From Paraspadella gotoi (Eukaryota > Animalia > Chaetognatha), in contig CM119269.1 of the NCBI GenBank assembly GCA_051294375.1, positions 7,682,217 to 7,746,216 on the forward strand: 64,000 nucleotides of DNA, given 5' to 3'. Of this stretch, positions 1 through 14,861 are shown piece after piece; positions within the stretch are counted from its first letter, which is position 1; each line of letters starts with the position of its first letter. The position numbers and the translations under genes are program-made. The notes under the pieces were generated by a model. That model ran no database searches. It was not told where the DNA came from and worked only from the letters and a program-made list of their open reading frames with translations.

Positions 1-185
1 TTGGTTAATATTTTATAGCAGTATTAGATTCCTTCTTTTAAGACGACGATCAAAAAAATCGATATCAAATTAAGTTTGTTTTTTAAGAGTTTCTTCGCTG
101 GTGGCGGCCATTTTTGTTGACGAGCACGGACGCGGATCGCGGACATTATTATCTTTCTATTTTTTGGAAATCTTCTTCACCAACG

Positions 186-311
<126 letters not shown>

Positions 312-929
312 GAAATTGATTATTAGATAAAGACGAGATGGCGGCTGAACCGACACCTAAAAATTTTTAAAAATGCGATTTTAAGAATTTCGCATATATT
401 TTGTTTCAAAATATTCCGCAATACCGATCTTAATGTCTAATCTCATATGTTTATTAATAATGAAATCAAGAAGACGATTCTGCGTCGACGGGAGACGTGA
501 ATTGCTTCGCAGGCCGACAGCTCTTCACTAGGCAGCTTTGCTTTGATTCGATACCAAGACTACCCGGAGAAAAACTGTCGCCCCGTGGCAAAAGAACAGA
601 GAGGGCGCGGGGATGACGTTGGCAGATGCAGACAGATGCAGACAGTTGAGATGAGGAAAGATGAGGACGCAGATGAGACGCGGCTGAGAAATGTTGTTGT
701 TGTCGCAGAAAAGGGTTGGTTATTTGGTATTTGACTTTGTTGCGCAGTTGATGTTCTTGTTTTTTCTTCTTTTTTTTTAAACTCTTTTTGACTTTTTTTT
801 TAGTGGGAAGGAAAGAAATCTCCTAATGTGATGATACGTTTTTCCGAAAATTGAAAACCTACATACGTATTGAAGTCTTCTTTTGAAGGGAGAAGAAAAA
901 TTGCATAGCCATAGCGATAATGAATGGTC

Positions 930-1174
930 TTTTCATACAATTGAAACATTCTTTGAAATATTATACTACTTCATTAATAGGGAAACCAGGTACTCTGGGA
1001 GTGAATAAACAAGACTGTCAGAGAGTCTTGATTGAAAGATTGCAGGGACCTGCTTTGTCATTATCTTGTAAGAGTGTTGGAGGCCTTAAACCACCAAAGC
1101 CTGTCTAAAGTTAGGGCAACATAACTTATTTATTAAATAATGGATAATTTTTATATTGGTTGTACCAATTTCAT
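930..1174 (+). repeat. Dispersed repeat family with a shared right end (..TTATATTGGTTGTACCAATTTCAT), probably the 3' end of a non-LTR retroelement/SINE
   Basis: Other copies at ~4610-4751 plus 8776-8916 (split by the foldback insertion), 13187-13265, ~38300-38559 and 57575-57606. All end at the same motif with variable left truncation. Confidence 0.6.
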
Positions 1175-1485
1175 TAACAGATTCACGAAGGGCTCGCGCT
1201 GCATTAATATATTCAAAACATAGACTATAATATTAGGTTGAAAATGCCGAATGAAATGTTACGTCTTCTAGTTATTTTTAAAAGAATGATAATTCGAGGG
1301 TCGTGGGATAAAAATTTAAAATTTAATTCATATCGATAATCTTTTTTCTATAAAGCTTTATTAAATAAAATTTCTACAATCACCGTTCAATTTGCGCCTC
1401 GAAATTTTCGACTTATTGTTCCTTGTTTTTATATCTCTCTCTTTTTCACGTCTGATGTCGATAAATTTGCCGATTTTCTTATTCG

Positions 1486-1519
<34 letters not shown>

Positions 1520-2210
1520 TTATTTGACGTGACGAAGGGCGAAAACGAAAAAAAAAAAATCAATTGAAGGACAGACGGTCAAGTTACGGTTTGTCAACTT
1601 TGATGTCAACGAACAAACAACGAACGAGTCACGGCGAGTGTCGCACAAAGGCTCCTTTGTTTGTCCTAATTTTTGATGAGCGTCGCTGAATCGTCGTCAG
1701 TCTCACTTTTTCAACCCTGATTGTCATTTTCAACCTCGAGGTTTTTTTTTTTATAAACTCGTGACAATTAAGGAGACCTCAAAAAAATTTGTTTTTTCCT
1801 TCATGTAAAAGAATGTGGATAATTTTATGAGATAAAATTAAACATCTGGACTATAATCGAGGCGTGTGCCCTTTAGGAAAAAAAATGCACTGCGACGAAT
1901 GAAGAAATTAACAAAAAGGCCGATAAAATATATTCTATAGATTTTTTTGTGTTTTTATGTCGACGAGGAATAATCAATAATCAAACTCGATACGAATTAA
2001 CACGAGAGGTTGTGTTACTGTGTGTGTCACCGTGCGAGTCACCGTGCGAGTCATCATGTGAGCTACTCTTTGAGTCACAGTGTGCAACACCGTGTGCATC
2101 GACGTATGCATTACTGTGTGCGTTGTTGCGTCTCTTCCTCAGAGTTGAAAAAAAAAATCAAGTAACGTAGGGCAGCCCTCGATGTCGGCCACTGTGCCGC
2201 ATGCCGAAAT

Positions 2211-2311
<101 letters not shown>

Positions 2312-2694
2312 AGAGAAAGAGAGAAAGGGGGTTAGATTGTCCGATCTTTCGCTGCGCTAAACTAAACGGTTGTTGTGATTGTAAAGATTGCGAGCGTTGA
2401 CCAATAATCAGGGTCATCGGTTCTGCGAGATTTTTTTCAAAGCTGGAGAAAACGACGATCGTTTCTTCGTGGCAAATTTATCTCGTTTATTTATTTTCTG
2501 ATAAGCTTAAATTTCTATAACTTTTTATTAGCCTTTTTATTAACCAACCGCAAATCGGTTAATACGGGCACAAGAAATATCCTTCCGTTCCTTATTCACT
2601 CATTTTCATAAACTTCCTCTTTTTTAGCTAATTCCTCTCTTCACTTCTTCACTCACCACAAGTATCGCTTTTCCTCCCCCTAATTTTCTCCTAT

Positions 2695-3025
2695 ATCCTC
2701 TACCCTCTTCCTCTTTCCTCCACCTATATCCTCTTCCTCAAACCTCTACCCACTTCCTTTACTCCCATCCTCTTCCTCTTCACACATCCTCTTCCTCTAC
2801 ACAATTCCTTTAACCAAATCCTCTTCCTCTCCACACATCCTCTTCCTCTACCCAATTCCTTTACCCACATCCTCTTCCTCTCCACAAATTCTCTTCCTCT
2901 ACCCACTTCATTTACCCACATCCTCTTCCTCTCCCCACATCCTCTTCCTCTACCCACTTCTTTACCCACATCCTCTTCCTCTACCCAATTCCTTTACCCA
3001 CATCATCTTCCTCTACCCACTTCTC
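2695..3025. repeat. Pyrimidine-rich minisatellite built on CATCCTCTTCCTCT(ACCCA..) units; duplicated at ~10510-10885
   Basis: Alternating ~18- and ~30-bp units are directly visible. Confidence 0.8.
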
Positions 3026-3382
3026 TCTCTTAACCCCCAGCGATCGAACCAAAAAACGTCTTAAGCCTTTTTTTTTTCTTTTGGCGTCAAAATCGATTAG
3101 AATTTCTAAAAGGAACGAAGCGTCGTCTGGGTTGTGGAGGCAGTTGTGGGCAAACCTTGTGGATAGAGAGGTGAAAAAAACGTCTGGGTTGATCAACTCC
3201 TCGATAATACCGGATTGATTGAGACAAAAAGCGTGAGAGAGAGAGAAAGATAGAGAGAGAGAGATGTTTATATAAGCGTGGAGATGAAATTAAGCGTGGG
3301 AGCGAGGACAGAGAAACGGTGAAAGAATTAAAGGGAGATTAAAAAAGAACTCGGCTCGGTCTGACACCCCGGTGAATTCTTA

Positions 3383-3427
<45 letters not shown>

Positions 3428-3780
3428 GCAATCACCTCCACAAACTCGATCTGAATAAAAGACTCCAATCGATTTAATTAAAGATTCAGTTTCGCTGTTG
3501 AGAATTGGAATCAGAAATGAATCGGGTTTTGAATTAAGATTCAGAAATTGGTTGTGAACGAAGAATTGTGAACGAAATTGTTTGAAATGAGGGTGGGATT
3601 GTGAATCGTGAGGTGGTGTTTGGTATTATGATATTGTTTTTGTTGGAAATCGAAATAATGTTTAAAATTTTAGAAAGGGATGGACTAAAATTGTAGGATT
3701 AACAAAGGGAAGATTGTGGGGAGAGAGATGAAGAAAGTGGGAGAGAGAGAGAGAGAGAGAGAAGAGAGAGAGAGAAGAGA

Positions 3781-3820
<40 letters not shown>

Positions 3821-4751
3821 ATAACCTAAGGGCAAGTAGCTTCACAGGAAGTACTTTGTAAAGTTTGACAATAACGATTATAACAGAGAAAATAAAGAAC
3901 AGTCTATATTTACGATTGAAAAGAAAACCCGAAGTCGTAAAAAAATAAATCTGACAAGCAAATTGTCACCGTAAAGCGAATTTAGAAATTTTTTCGCATA
4001 TATTTTGTTTCAACATATTCGCAATGACAGAATCTATATAAATTGTCTATCCTCATATGTTTATTAATAATAGTAATAGAATAATCAAGAAAAGGGACGA
4101 ATTCTGGCGTACGAAAATGGAGAAACGGAATTTGCCTTGCAGAAGACCGACAGCCTCTTTCACTAGGAAAACAGCTTATTGCTTTGGTTTGATACCAAGA
4201 TCCACTAAATACCCGGAAGAAAAATGTCGCCACCGTGGCAAAAGAAAGAGAGGGCGCGGCGGAATGACGTTGGAGATCAGACAGATGCAGACAGTTGAGA
4301 ATTTGCAGTGAAAGAATATGAGGACGCGACAGATGAGAACGCGGCTAGAGAAATGTTGTTGTTTTTGCAGAAAGGGGTTGGTTATTTGGATATTTGGACT
4401 TTGGGTTGGCGGCGCAGTTGATGTTTTCTTGTTTTTTATTTTTTTCCTTCTTTTTTTTTAAACTTTGACTTTTTTTTTTAGTGGAAGGAAAGAAAAATCT
4501 AAAATGTGATGATACTTTTTACCGCCAAAATTGAAAAACTACATACGTATTGAAGTCTTCTTTTGAAGGGACGAAGAAAAATTTGCATAGCCATAGCCGA
4601 TATGAATGGTCTTTTCTAATACAATTGAAACATTCTTTAGAAAATTTATACTACTTCATTAATAGGGAAACCAGGTAACTGAGTACAAAACTTCTGGAAG
4701 TGAATAAACAAGACTGTCCAGAGAGAGTCTTGATTGAAAGATGCAGGGACC

Positions 4752-7700
4752 TAGGAGTGTCAAAGATCTAAAAGTTGTTCTGATCCTAATTTACATCTAA
4801 CACGATGGGAGGGGTCAAAATAAAATAGGTTTGCAAGAATCAGCCATTCAAATTGCTCTAACACACTTACGTCCCTAACCCTTGCTTAAAGAACAGTTTT
4901 AGACACACCTTTCACATCATACAGTCACTGTGTCTAAAGTATGAGAGATTTTTGGGACGCTCCCCTTAGTTTATGTAGTTGAAAAATGTTGCAAAGTTAA
5001 CTATATTAACAATTTCAAGTCTTCACTCCCATCTCGCGGCTCCACAAAGCACCACACCTGCCTGAGAGAATGTCAAAAGCCACTGCATTGATGGCATTAA
5101 TCTAATGGGAGTTGTGGGAAGGTAACACTAAATATTTCCCCACAACAAGTTTTTACATAGGTATCTTTTGTATGGACATCATTTTTTTTAAAAAAATAAG
5201 TGTAGATCACATCTGGAGGAATAAATCTGTAACAGATTTCTTTTAAAAAATAAATTTATGCACAAATGTTATCAATAATTTTTGTATGGCATCAATCAAT
5301 AAGGTAGATGGGTTAGGCAAGTGTAATGCTAAATTTTATTTGGATTGACCATAAGTACTTTTCAAAGATAGCCCGTTTTAATAGCATTTTCAAAAAAAAA
5401 TTTTAAACACTGAATGGTAAAAAAAATATTAAAAATTATTTCTTCTTCAAAAATGGCTTCATTAGTTGAGGAAAAGACTTTAAATTTAATATTTTAACAA
5501 TAATTTCATGAACTTCAATATCAACATGCTTGTAAGAGGCATCTAAAATTAGTTGAAGGCTGTGGAACCGAACGGTTGTTGCTTGAAGAATCAACATTAA
5601 AAAAGCAATAAGATTTTGTTGTATAAATGAAAATTTATTTTTTTTTATTGATATGGACTTAACACTTTGAACTTTTATTAGGCTGTGCCCACAATTTTCG
5701 TAGATACTTGGATGTTCAGAACCTGCTTGAAAGGATTGTAAAATTCTGTATGGAATTTCAAAAAAACAGTAAAAAAACATAATATTTGTCAGTCCGTCGG
5801 GTCAGTCCTTACATCTCTTCGGGCATATCAAACTTTATATGTCAGAAAAAATCGAATTATGATTAATTAATAGCAAAGAAATATGTCTGTCCGTACATCT
5901 GTCTGTATCTGTCGTTACGTCTTCCTTAGCAAAACACACAATTACTCGTGATTTGAATGGATAGGATTGGAAATTAAAATTTTATGTCTGGGACCATGGT
6001 TAGGAAATTGTGTGATTGAGGTTTCGATGGAATTGTCGCGCGTGGAAATGAGTTAAATAGAAAAAAACAAAAAAATTATTTCACTATTTGAATGCCAACA
6101 ATTACTCATGAGTGCATGGAGGGGCGATTTGGGTTTATGTGGGTAGGAAGTGGTGTGAATGAGCAGGAATAAAGTCCTAATGGAATCGTCTGAGTTGGAA
6201 ATGAAGTTTAATATGTAAAAAAACCTGTTTTTACAATTAATGCTTCCTTTTCTTTTTATATTAAAATGTAATTATCAAGTTGTAATTAATTAATACAAAT
6301 TAATTCATTGTTAAATCAATTTAGTCAATTTAAATAATCATAACTAATTAATCAGTCAATTAATTAATAAATGATTATTCAATCAAAATCAATTTCTATC
6401 TATTTATTAATTTTAATCAATCTGTTTAAGCTGCCTCGGTTTAAATATCAAAATTGTCTATTTTGGCTGAAACTTTCTTTCGACAATTCGAGAATCCAAA
6501 CATGTTAAATGTTTAATTCTTATTAGAGACAGATGAAGAACGAGGAATAAAAACAAGATTTCAATTGTTTTGTCACAATAAACACATGTTAAAATCCACT
6601 TAAAAAAAGTTTAATAAACGACCGTCGCGGCTACACGAGGCAACTGCCCCCTCTACTTTTCTTCAGTTTTCAAATGTTAAAAATAAAGCCCAGATAAATT
6701 TCGCTTTTTTCTTTCGTATTACATTGGGAAACTTGGGACTCCGGATGTCGAATCTCTGCAGTCAGACGTTGAGCCGTCCTTCCCCTAACGGCGATGCCCG
6801 CAGTTGCGCCACGCAACGGCCAATAACACAATCAAATCAAGTAAACGTTATGAGCAATTATTGTCGTCGTCGCCATCATCTTCATTGCTTTTTATCTTTG
6901 GTCAGTGATGAAAAGACTTAAAAACAACTATGGGATTAATTAATTAACTTTGAATAATTAATTAATTTCCGCAATTATCGTGGGCAGATCCGACATTGCT
7001 CAAACTTGTTAAATTGCTTTTTAAATTCGTTTGATTTCATAGATATATAAATTGAATCAAGTTTTAAACTCGCTAATCTTTCGAATTCACGTGGCCGAGA
7101 AATGTTAGGCTATACAATCATTTTAAATAGTTAAATACCAAACTTTTATATTTGGGTTAATTGTTAGGCAAAGAGGGGATGATTCGTCCGCTGTCGCAAA
7201 ATAATACGAAAAAGTAGTAAAATTAACATTGTTAATTTAGATAAGAAAGTTTATCTGAAAGCTATTTAAATTGAACACTAATAGTATAGAGATCTTGTTT
7301 ATTATTAGAAAATGTTCTGATTTGGATCAGCGATATTGGTGATCCTCCCCTCAAAGCTGATTGGATGGAGAACGGACACATAATTAGCACAGAACTTAAT
7401 GTGTTTCACATTTTCACGACAAATGTTAGTTTGATGAATAAATTTATAATGACTTTATTTAAAATAATAATAATTTTTATTTTTAAAATAGCCGCTCAAC
7501 GTACCTTAACTCAATACATCGACATTATTGATGTTTTTATTATTGATGTTTCTTTTGATAGTTTTATCTCATGTAAATTGTAGTTTGGAAGTTTTAAAAC
7601 AACAATGTGCAAAGCTTTTTTTGTATTTTGCGCAGGTTTTGGCTATATTATAGATAAATAAAACGTTTTTTTTGTGAGAAAATAAAGCTATAGTATTTTT

Positions 7701-8775
7701 GGCACATTGATTGGTATATGATTGTATAAACGGTAAAGTGAATGTATTTAATGCTAATATTTTCTGAATTATCCAATCCTTCAAAGCAGACTGAAACATC
7801 CAAGTATCCACAAAATGTGGCAGCACCCTAATGAAAAGTCAACACGTGTAAGTCCAATACTCAATAAAAAAAATAAATTTTGATATACAATAAAATCTTA
7901 CTTGGCTTTTTTTAAACTTTGATGCTTGCAGCCACAACCGTTCGTCCATCATCGCTTCAATAATTTAGGAATGCCTCTCACAGCATGTTGAATATTGAAG
8001 TTAATGAAATTATGGTTAAATATAAAATTAAAGTTATTTCTACAACTACATGAAGCATTTTTTTGAAAGAAATAATTTTAATTATTTTTTTTACCATCAG
8101 TGTTTATAAAAATTTTTATATTTCGCAAATAATATTAAAACAGGGCAATCTTGAAAAGTACAATGTTAAGTCAAAATGAATTTAGCATACTACTCTAACC
8201 CATCTACCTTTATTTGATTGGGAAAAAATTGGCCCATAAAATAATATTGATAACTAATTTTTTGCATAATCTTATTTTTTTAAAAGAATCTGTAACAGGA
8301 TTTATCCTCCAGGATGTGAACTACCTATTTTTTTTAAAAAAAAATGATGCTCAATACAAAGAGTACCTTAGTTGTGAATAAAATTTGTTTGGGAAATATT
8401 AGGTTACCTTCACAATTCATAGATATATGCATGCAAATGCGTGGCCTTGTACATTTCTGCAGCAAGGTTTGTGGATGCTGTTGTGGGACCGTCGAGAATG
8501 TAGTAAAAGGACTTAAAATTTTAATATAGTTTAACTTTGCCAATTATTTTCAACTAATAACTAAGGTGGACGTCAAATTCTCATACTTTACACAGTGCTT
8601 TATGTGATTGTGAAAGGTTCGTGCTAAACTGTCCTTAAGCAAAGGTAGACGTAGGGTTAGACGCACTTCTGATGCGAACTTTCGTGCCAAACCTATTTAT
8701 TGACGCCTGGCTCCCAATCGTGGTTAGATGTAAAATTAGAATCAGAAAGACTTTATGATTTTTTGACACACCCTA
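4752..8775. mobile_element. Non-autonomous foldback DNA transposon with ~1-kb terminal inverted repeats (TAGG.. termini, hAT-like)
   Basis: 4752-~5750 is the reverse complement of ~7765-8775 (left TAGGAGTGTCAAAGATC..., right reverse complement TAGGGTGTGTCAAAAAATC...). Flanked by the direct repeat AGGGACC (4745-4751, 8776-8782). The empty site TGCAGGGACCTGC is present in the paralogous copy at 1041-1053. No transposase ORF. Confidence 0.85.
5768..7012. mobile_element. Second, inverted copy of the HINE-like element, nested within the foldback element
   Basis: 5768-~6290 is the reverse-complement homolog of ~15200-15775. 6984-7012 (GCAGATCCGACATTGCTCAAACTTGTTAA) matches the 15041-15074 end. The hairpin end is absent. 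Confidence 0.65.
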
Positions 8776-10026
8776 AGGGACCTGCTTTTGTCTTATCTTG
8801 TAGAGAAAGTTGTTGGAGGCCTTAAACCACCAGGCCAGTCTAAAGTTAGGGGCAACATAACTTTAGTTATTAATTAATGGAATAATTTTTTTCTATTGTT
8901 TGTAACGCTAATTTCATTAACAGATTCAACGAAGGGCCGCGCTGCGCTTAATATATTTCAAAACATGACTATATATTAGGTTGAGAAATGGCCGAATGAA
9001 ATGTTAACGTTACTTCTAGTTATTTTTAAAGAATGATAATTCGAGGGTCGTGGGATATAAAATTTAAAATTTAATCATATCGATATCTTTTTTTTCATAT
9101 AAAGCTTTTCAAATAAAATTTCTACAATCAACGTTCATTTTGCGCCTCGAATTTTCGCTTATTGTTCCTTGTTTTTATTATCTCTCTGCTTTTTTACGTT
9201 GATTGTCGATAAATTTTGCCGATTTTCTTTTCGTCGTGTTCGTTTCGCGTCGTTGATCAGTCACTCGTGCCACATTTTTGATTACCTTGACGGACGAAGG
9301 GGCGCTAAAAACGCTTTATGGAAGAATGCAAATATAAAATCATATTTTGAATGGATCAGTGACCGGTCAAGGCCTCTGCCGGTTTCGCATCATACTTTGA
9401 TTGTCACACGAACAAAGGGCAGAAGGAAGCGAGTCCAGCAGGACCGTAGTGTCGCCAAAGGCTCACCTTTGTTTGTCCTAATTTTTGATTGAGGCGTCGC
9501 TGAATCGTCAGTCAGTCTCCCTTTTTCCAACCCTGAATTGTACATTTTTCAAACCTCGAGGTTTTTTTTTTTTATAAACTCGTGTACAATTAGGGAGACC
9601 TCAAAAATTTGTTTTTTCCTTCTATGTAAAGAATGTGGATATTTTATGAGAATAAAATTAAACATCTGGACTATATAATGCGAAGGCGTGTGCCCTTTAG
9701 GAAAAAAAATGCACTGCGACGAATGAAGAATTAAAAAAAGGCGATAAAATATATTCTATAAGATTTTTTGTGGTTTTTATGTCGACGAGGAAATAAATCC
9801 AATAATCAACTCGATACGAATTAAACAGGAGGTTGTGTTACTGTGTGTGTCACCGTGCGAGTCACCGGTGCGAGTCATCATGTGAGCTACTCTTTGAGTC
9901 ACAGTGTGCAACACCGTGTGCATCGACGTATGCATTACTGTGTGCGTTGTTTGCGTCTCTTCCTCAGAGTTGAAAAAAAAAATCAAGTAAAAGGCGCAAT
10001 CGATGTCGGCCACTGTGCCGCATGCG

Positions 10027-10103
<77 letters not shown>

Positions 10104-11602
10104 AGAGAGGAGAGAGAGAGAGAAAGAGAGAGAAAGAGAGAAAGGGGTTAGATTGTCCGATCTTTCGCTGCGCTAAACTAAACGGTTGTTGTGATTGTAA
10201 GATTGCGAGCGTTGACCAATAATCAGGGTCATCGGTTCTGCGAGATTTTTTCAAAGCTGGAGAAAAACGACGATCGTTTCTTCGTGGCAAATTTATCTCG
10301 TTTATTTATTTTCTGATAAGCTTAAATTTCTATAAACTTTTTATTAGCCTTTTTATTAACCAACCGCAAATCGGTTAATACGGGCACAAGAAATATCTTC
10401 GTTCCTTATTCACTCCATTTTCATAAACTTCCTCTTTTTTAGCTAATTCCTCTCTTCACTTTCTTCACTCACCACAAGTATCCGCTTTTCCTCCCCCTAA
10501 TTTTCTCACTATATCTCTACCCTCTTCCTCTTTCCTCCACCTATATCCTCTTCCCTCAAACCTCTACCACTTCCTTTACTCCCATCCTCTCCTCTTCACA
10601 CATCCTCTTCCTCTACACAATTCCTTTAACCAAATCCTCTTCCTCTCCCACACATCCTCTTCCTCTACCCATTTCTTACCCACATCTCTACTCTCCTACA
10701 CATCCCCTTCTTCTACCCAATCCTTTACCCACATCCTCTTCCTCTCACAAATTCTCTTCCTCTACCCACTTCATTTACCACATCCTCTTCCTCTCCCCAC
10801 ATCCTCTTCCTCTACCACTTCTTTACCCACATCCTCTTCCTCTACCAATTCCTTTACCCACATCATCTTCCTCTACCCACTTCTCTCTCTTAACCCAGCG
10901 ATCGAAACCAAAAAACGTTTAAGCCTTTTTTTTTCTTTTGGCGTCAAAATCGATTAGAATTTCTAAAAGGAACGAAGCGTCGTCTGGGTTGTGGAGGCAG
11001 TTGTGGGCAAACCTTGTGGATAGAGAGGTGAAAAAAACGTCTGGGTTGATCACTCCTCGATAATACCGGATTGATTGAGACAAAAAGCGTGAGAGAGAGA
11101 GAAAGATAGAGAGAGAGAGAATGTTTATAATAAGCGTGGAGATGAAATAAGCGTGGGAGGCGAGGACAGAGAAAAGGTGAAGAATTAAAGGGAGATTAAA
11201 AAGAACTCGGCTCGGTCTGACACCGGTGAATTCTTATGACTCTCTCTCTCTCTATTCTCTCATCCTCTCTCTCTCTTCTCTCTCAGCGCAATCACCTCCA
11301 CAAACTCGATCTGAATAAAAGACTCCAATCGATTTAATTAAAGATTCAGTTTCGCTGTTGAGAATTGGAATCAGAAATGAATCGGGTTTTGAAATTAAGA
11401 TTCAGAAATTGGTTGTGAACGAAGAATTGTGAACGAAATTGTTTTGAAATGAGGGTGGGATTGTGAATCGTGAGGTGGTTGTTTGGTATTATGATATTGT
11501 TTTTGTTGGAAATCGAAATAATGTTTAAAAATTTTAGAAAGGGATGGACTAAAATTGTAGGATTAACAAAGGGAAGATTGTGGGGAGAGAGATGAAGAAA
11601 GT

Positions 11603-11682
<80 letters not shown>

Positions 11683-11900
11683 ATAACCTAAGGCAAGTAG
11701 CTTCACAGGAAGTAACTTTGTAAAGTTTGACAATAACGATTATAACAGCAGAAAATAAAGAACAGTCTTATTATACGATTGAAAAGAAAACCCGAAGTCG
11801 TAAAAAAAATAAATCTGACAAGCAAATTGTCACCGTAAATATTTTTTTTTATTTTGCGTCTTGAAATGATTGTAAAGGAGGCAGCCTCTTTGAAATTGTG

Positions 11901-11932
<32 letters not shown>

Positions 11933-12733
11933 GAGAGAGAGAGAAGAAGAGAGAGAGATAAAGAGAGAGAGAGAATAGAGAGAGGAGAGAGAGAGAGAGA
12001 GAAAGAGAGAAAGGAAAGANNNNNNNNNNNNNNNNNNNNNNNNNGAGAGAGAGAGAGAGAGAGAAAGAGTAAGGTGAGTGTAGATCCATAAAAAAAAGTC
12101 TCGCTTTTGAAGACGAATGGAAAAAGGAAAACTTGAGCACAAAAGAAAACGAACCTTTTGAATTTGACGAAAACAAACAAATGAGAAAAAAAATTGTTGA
12201 TTGATTTAACGACATTGATAATCAGGACATAATGAAAAAAAATTATTCCGAAGTCTTTCTGCCACTAAATATGATATTAAAATGCATATATCGAAATATT
12301 TGGAATATTTTTTACAGATGTTCTCAGTAAGAAACTTCAAATTAATATAAAAAAAATTTAAATATTATAATAATATGACTACGTTTGATAATCGGCCAGC
12401 GCTTCTGTTATATACGTAAAACGCAATATTGTTTTGACTATTGTCGTAAAACAAATTTAGAATTTATCTGAAACTTTGCACAAAAAAAAAATGAAAAAAA
12501 AAATAATAGTAACGACTAGTGAACAAATCATTAGAAAAAGTTAAAAGTCAGAAGATAAATTGAGTTCCGTCGTTCGCTGCTGAGTTCCTCGGCGTCAGAA
12601 AAGGGATCGAGCGGAGAAGCACGAGGTTTTAAATACGCGACGGAAGATGGGAGATCGAAACGGATCGATAGAATTGAGACGATCGTTTAGGATAGAACAG
12701 AAGCAGAATTAGAACGAAGAGATCTGATCGCAG

Positions 12734-12831
<98 letters not shown>

Positions 12832-14718
12832 CCTTCTGGAGATGATCTCGTGCAGTCGAGGAATGTAGAGCCTTTCCGCTTATGATCGACAATTTTCCCT
12901 GGAATGGATCATCCCTTTTATCTGTGAACTCGTCGTCGTCGTTGTTGTCGTCGTCGTCGTCATCGTCGTCGTTTCGTTTTTACAGATATTCAATGTATTG
13001 GCGATGAATTGTTGCCTGCTAGTGAAAAAAAAACCATATTTTCTGTTGACTCATTTGAATAACGTAAATCCATTTCATGTTTGTCAGTACGGGATATTGT
13101 CGAAGTGAAGGCCCCGTCCTTTATAGGCACTATTTGATAATATACAAAGAAAGTTTAGATTTGTGTGATATATATATATATATATAGCCTGTCCAAAGTC
13201 AGGGACAAGATAGCTTATTTATTAAATGAATGGATAATTTTTATATTGGTTGTACCAATTTCATATAATATTTAAACATATTAAGTATAGATTTTTCAAT
13301 TTTGATATAAATTTATTTTTCTCCCAAGCGGTCTTTTATTTTTGAAGTCTTCTCTTTTCAGAAATATATATCAATGCCTTTATATTTTCTTATGACTATA
13401 AAATCCATTCATTCAAATCCGTATTCTCTTTAAATTTTTCTTTTAATTCCTCCCCAATGTTTCTTCTTTCCTCTATATTTTCTTTTTCCTCCCAAACTCT
13501 TAACATCCTCCCTACCCCCCCTTAAGTCAAACATTCTTTCCTTTCCTCCTTTTCTTTCCTTTCCTCCTTTTCTTTCCTTTCCTCCTCCGCCCGCGTCTTC
13601 GCAATGACTTCCTCTTCCTTCTCCGCGGGAGGCGTTTGTGCGTTTGAGCCATTCTCGCGTCCTAAAGACTTTTTTGGGACGATCTCGTGGGCAAACCGGT
13701 GGGGTCGTTTGGGGGGGGGGGTTGTGTTCGTGAGAAAGGGTTACATTTTTTAGAATGGTGATCTGTGGTCAATGACCGCGCAGTGGTCTGTGGTTATAAG
13801 GATAGTGCAGACAGACTGCGGCAGGAAAAACGAGTATAGTGAAGAAGGGTTTTTTGCAAATGGGCCACGGGTTGGTGATTTGCGAAATGATTTTATTTTT
13901 CCGATTTAATATTATCTCCTTTTTTTTTTCAATATCTTTCTCTATTTGTTTCGACTCGAGCGATCTTACATCCTTTTCAGTCCGAACGACGTTTTATGGT
14001 TCCGCCTTCAACATCCTTGGCAAGGACTTGCCATGTCATTCCACGCTTATATCGCCTCGACTTAGTTCCTTGTTCCAACTCCCTCTCTCTATCGCTTAAA
14101 CACCCGGTTGACCTTACCCATCGCTCCTCACCCACCCAACTACCTCCACGTCCCCATTTTTCCACCTTTCGACGGTTTTACGGTTCAGAAATTCGTTTTG
14201 TTTTCTTCAAAACCAAAACAAACAAAGAAAAAGGCGAAGACGACCGACGGACGGACGGACGGACGGACGGACGGACGGACGACGACGACGACGACGACGA
14301 TTAACAACCGTTAATTTTAATCTCTGAACGGATTTTTAAGATTTAGATAAGTTTACATATTTGGTCTTTATCACGTCATCAATATTCTATTAATAATTTT
14401 TTAAAAAAAGTTGTGCTCTAAATAAAAGTAAAATCAATAAGTTTGTTTCATCGTTAAAAAATTAGTAATGACAAGAAAAGACTAAATAAACTTTTTTTAT
14501 TTATAAACCAACAACCAACGAAAATTCTCTGTTTCACCCCCCGACCGTGACATCGAATCCCTCCCAGTCGTAGAGAAAAAAAAACAAAAGCTTTTCCGGA
14601 CCAGAGATCATAAAACAACTTTTTCTCTCTTCTCCCCCCTCGCGACCTTTTGCCCCCCTCACCCGCCCCCTCACCCCCCACTCCCCCCTTCCTTGTTTTC
14701 CTTTCCAACCGTCGAACT

Positions 14719-14861
14719 TCCGTCTTCGCTGGATGGACAGAGTCCAGACTTCTCGTCGACGGACAAGTCGCCGGTTCGAATCCTGTACATCGCGCCGATT
14801 CGAGGTCGAGCCGGGAATTTAAGCGGGCCAGGGTTTTTCCGGTCAAGTTGTCCGATTTTCG

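Noticed and set aside
14719-14795. Functional tRNA gene
   Set aside because: The acceptor and anticodon stems do not pair and the T-stem has a mismatch.
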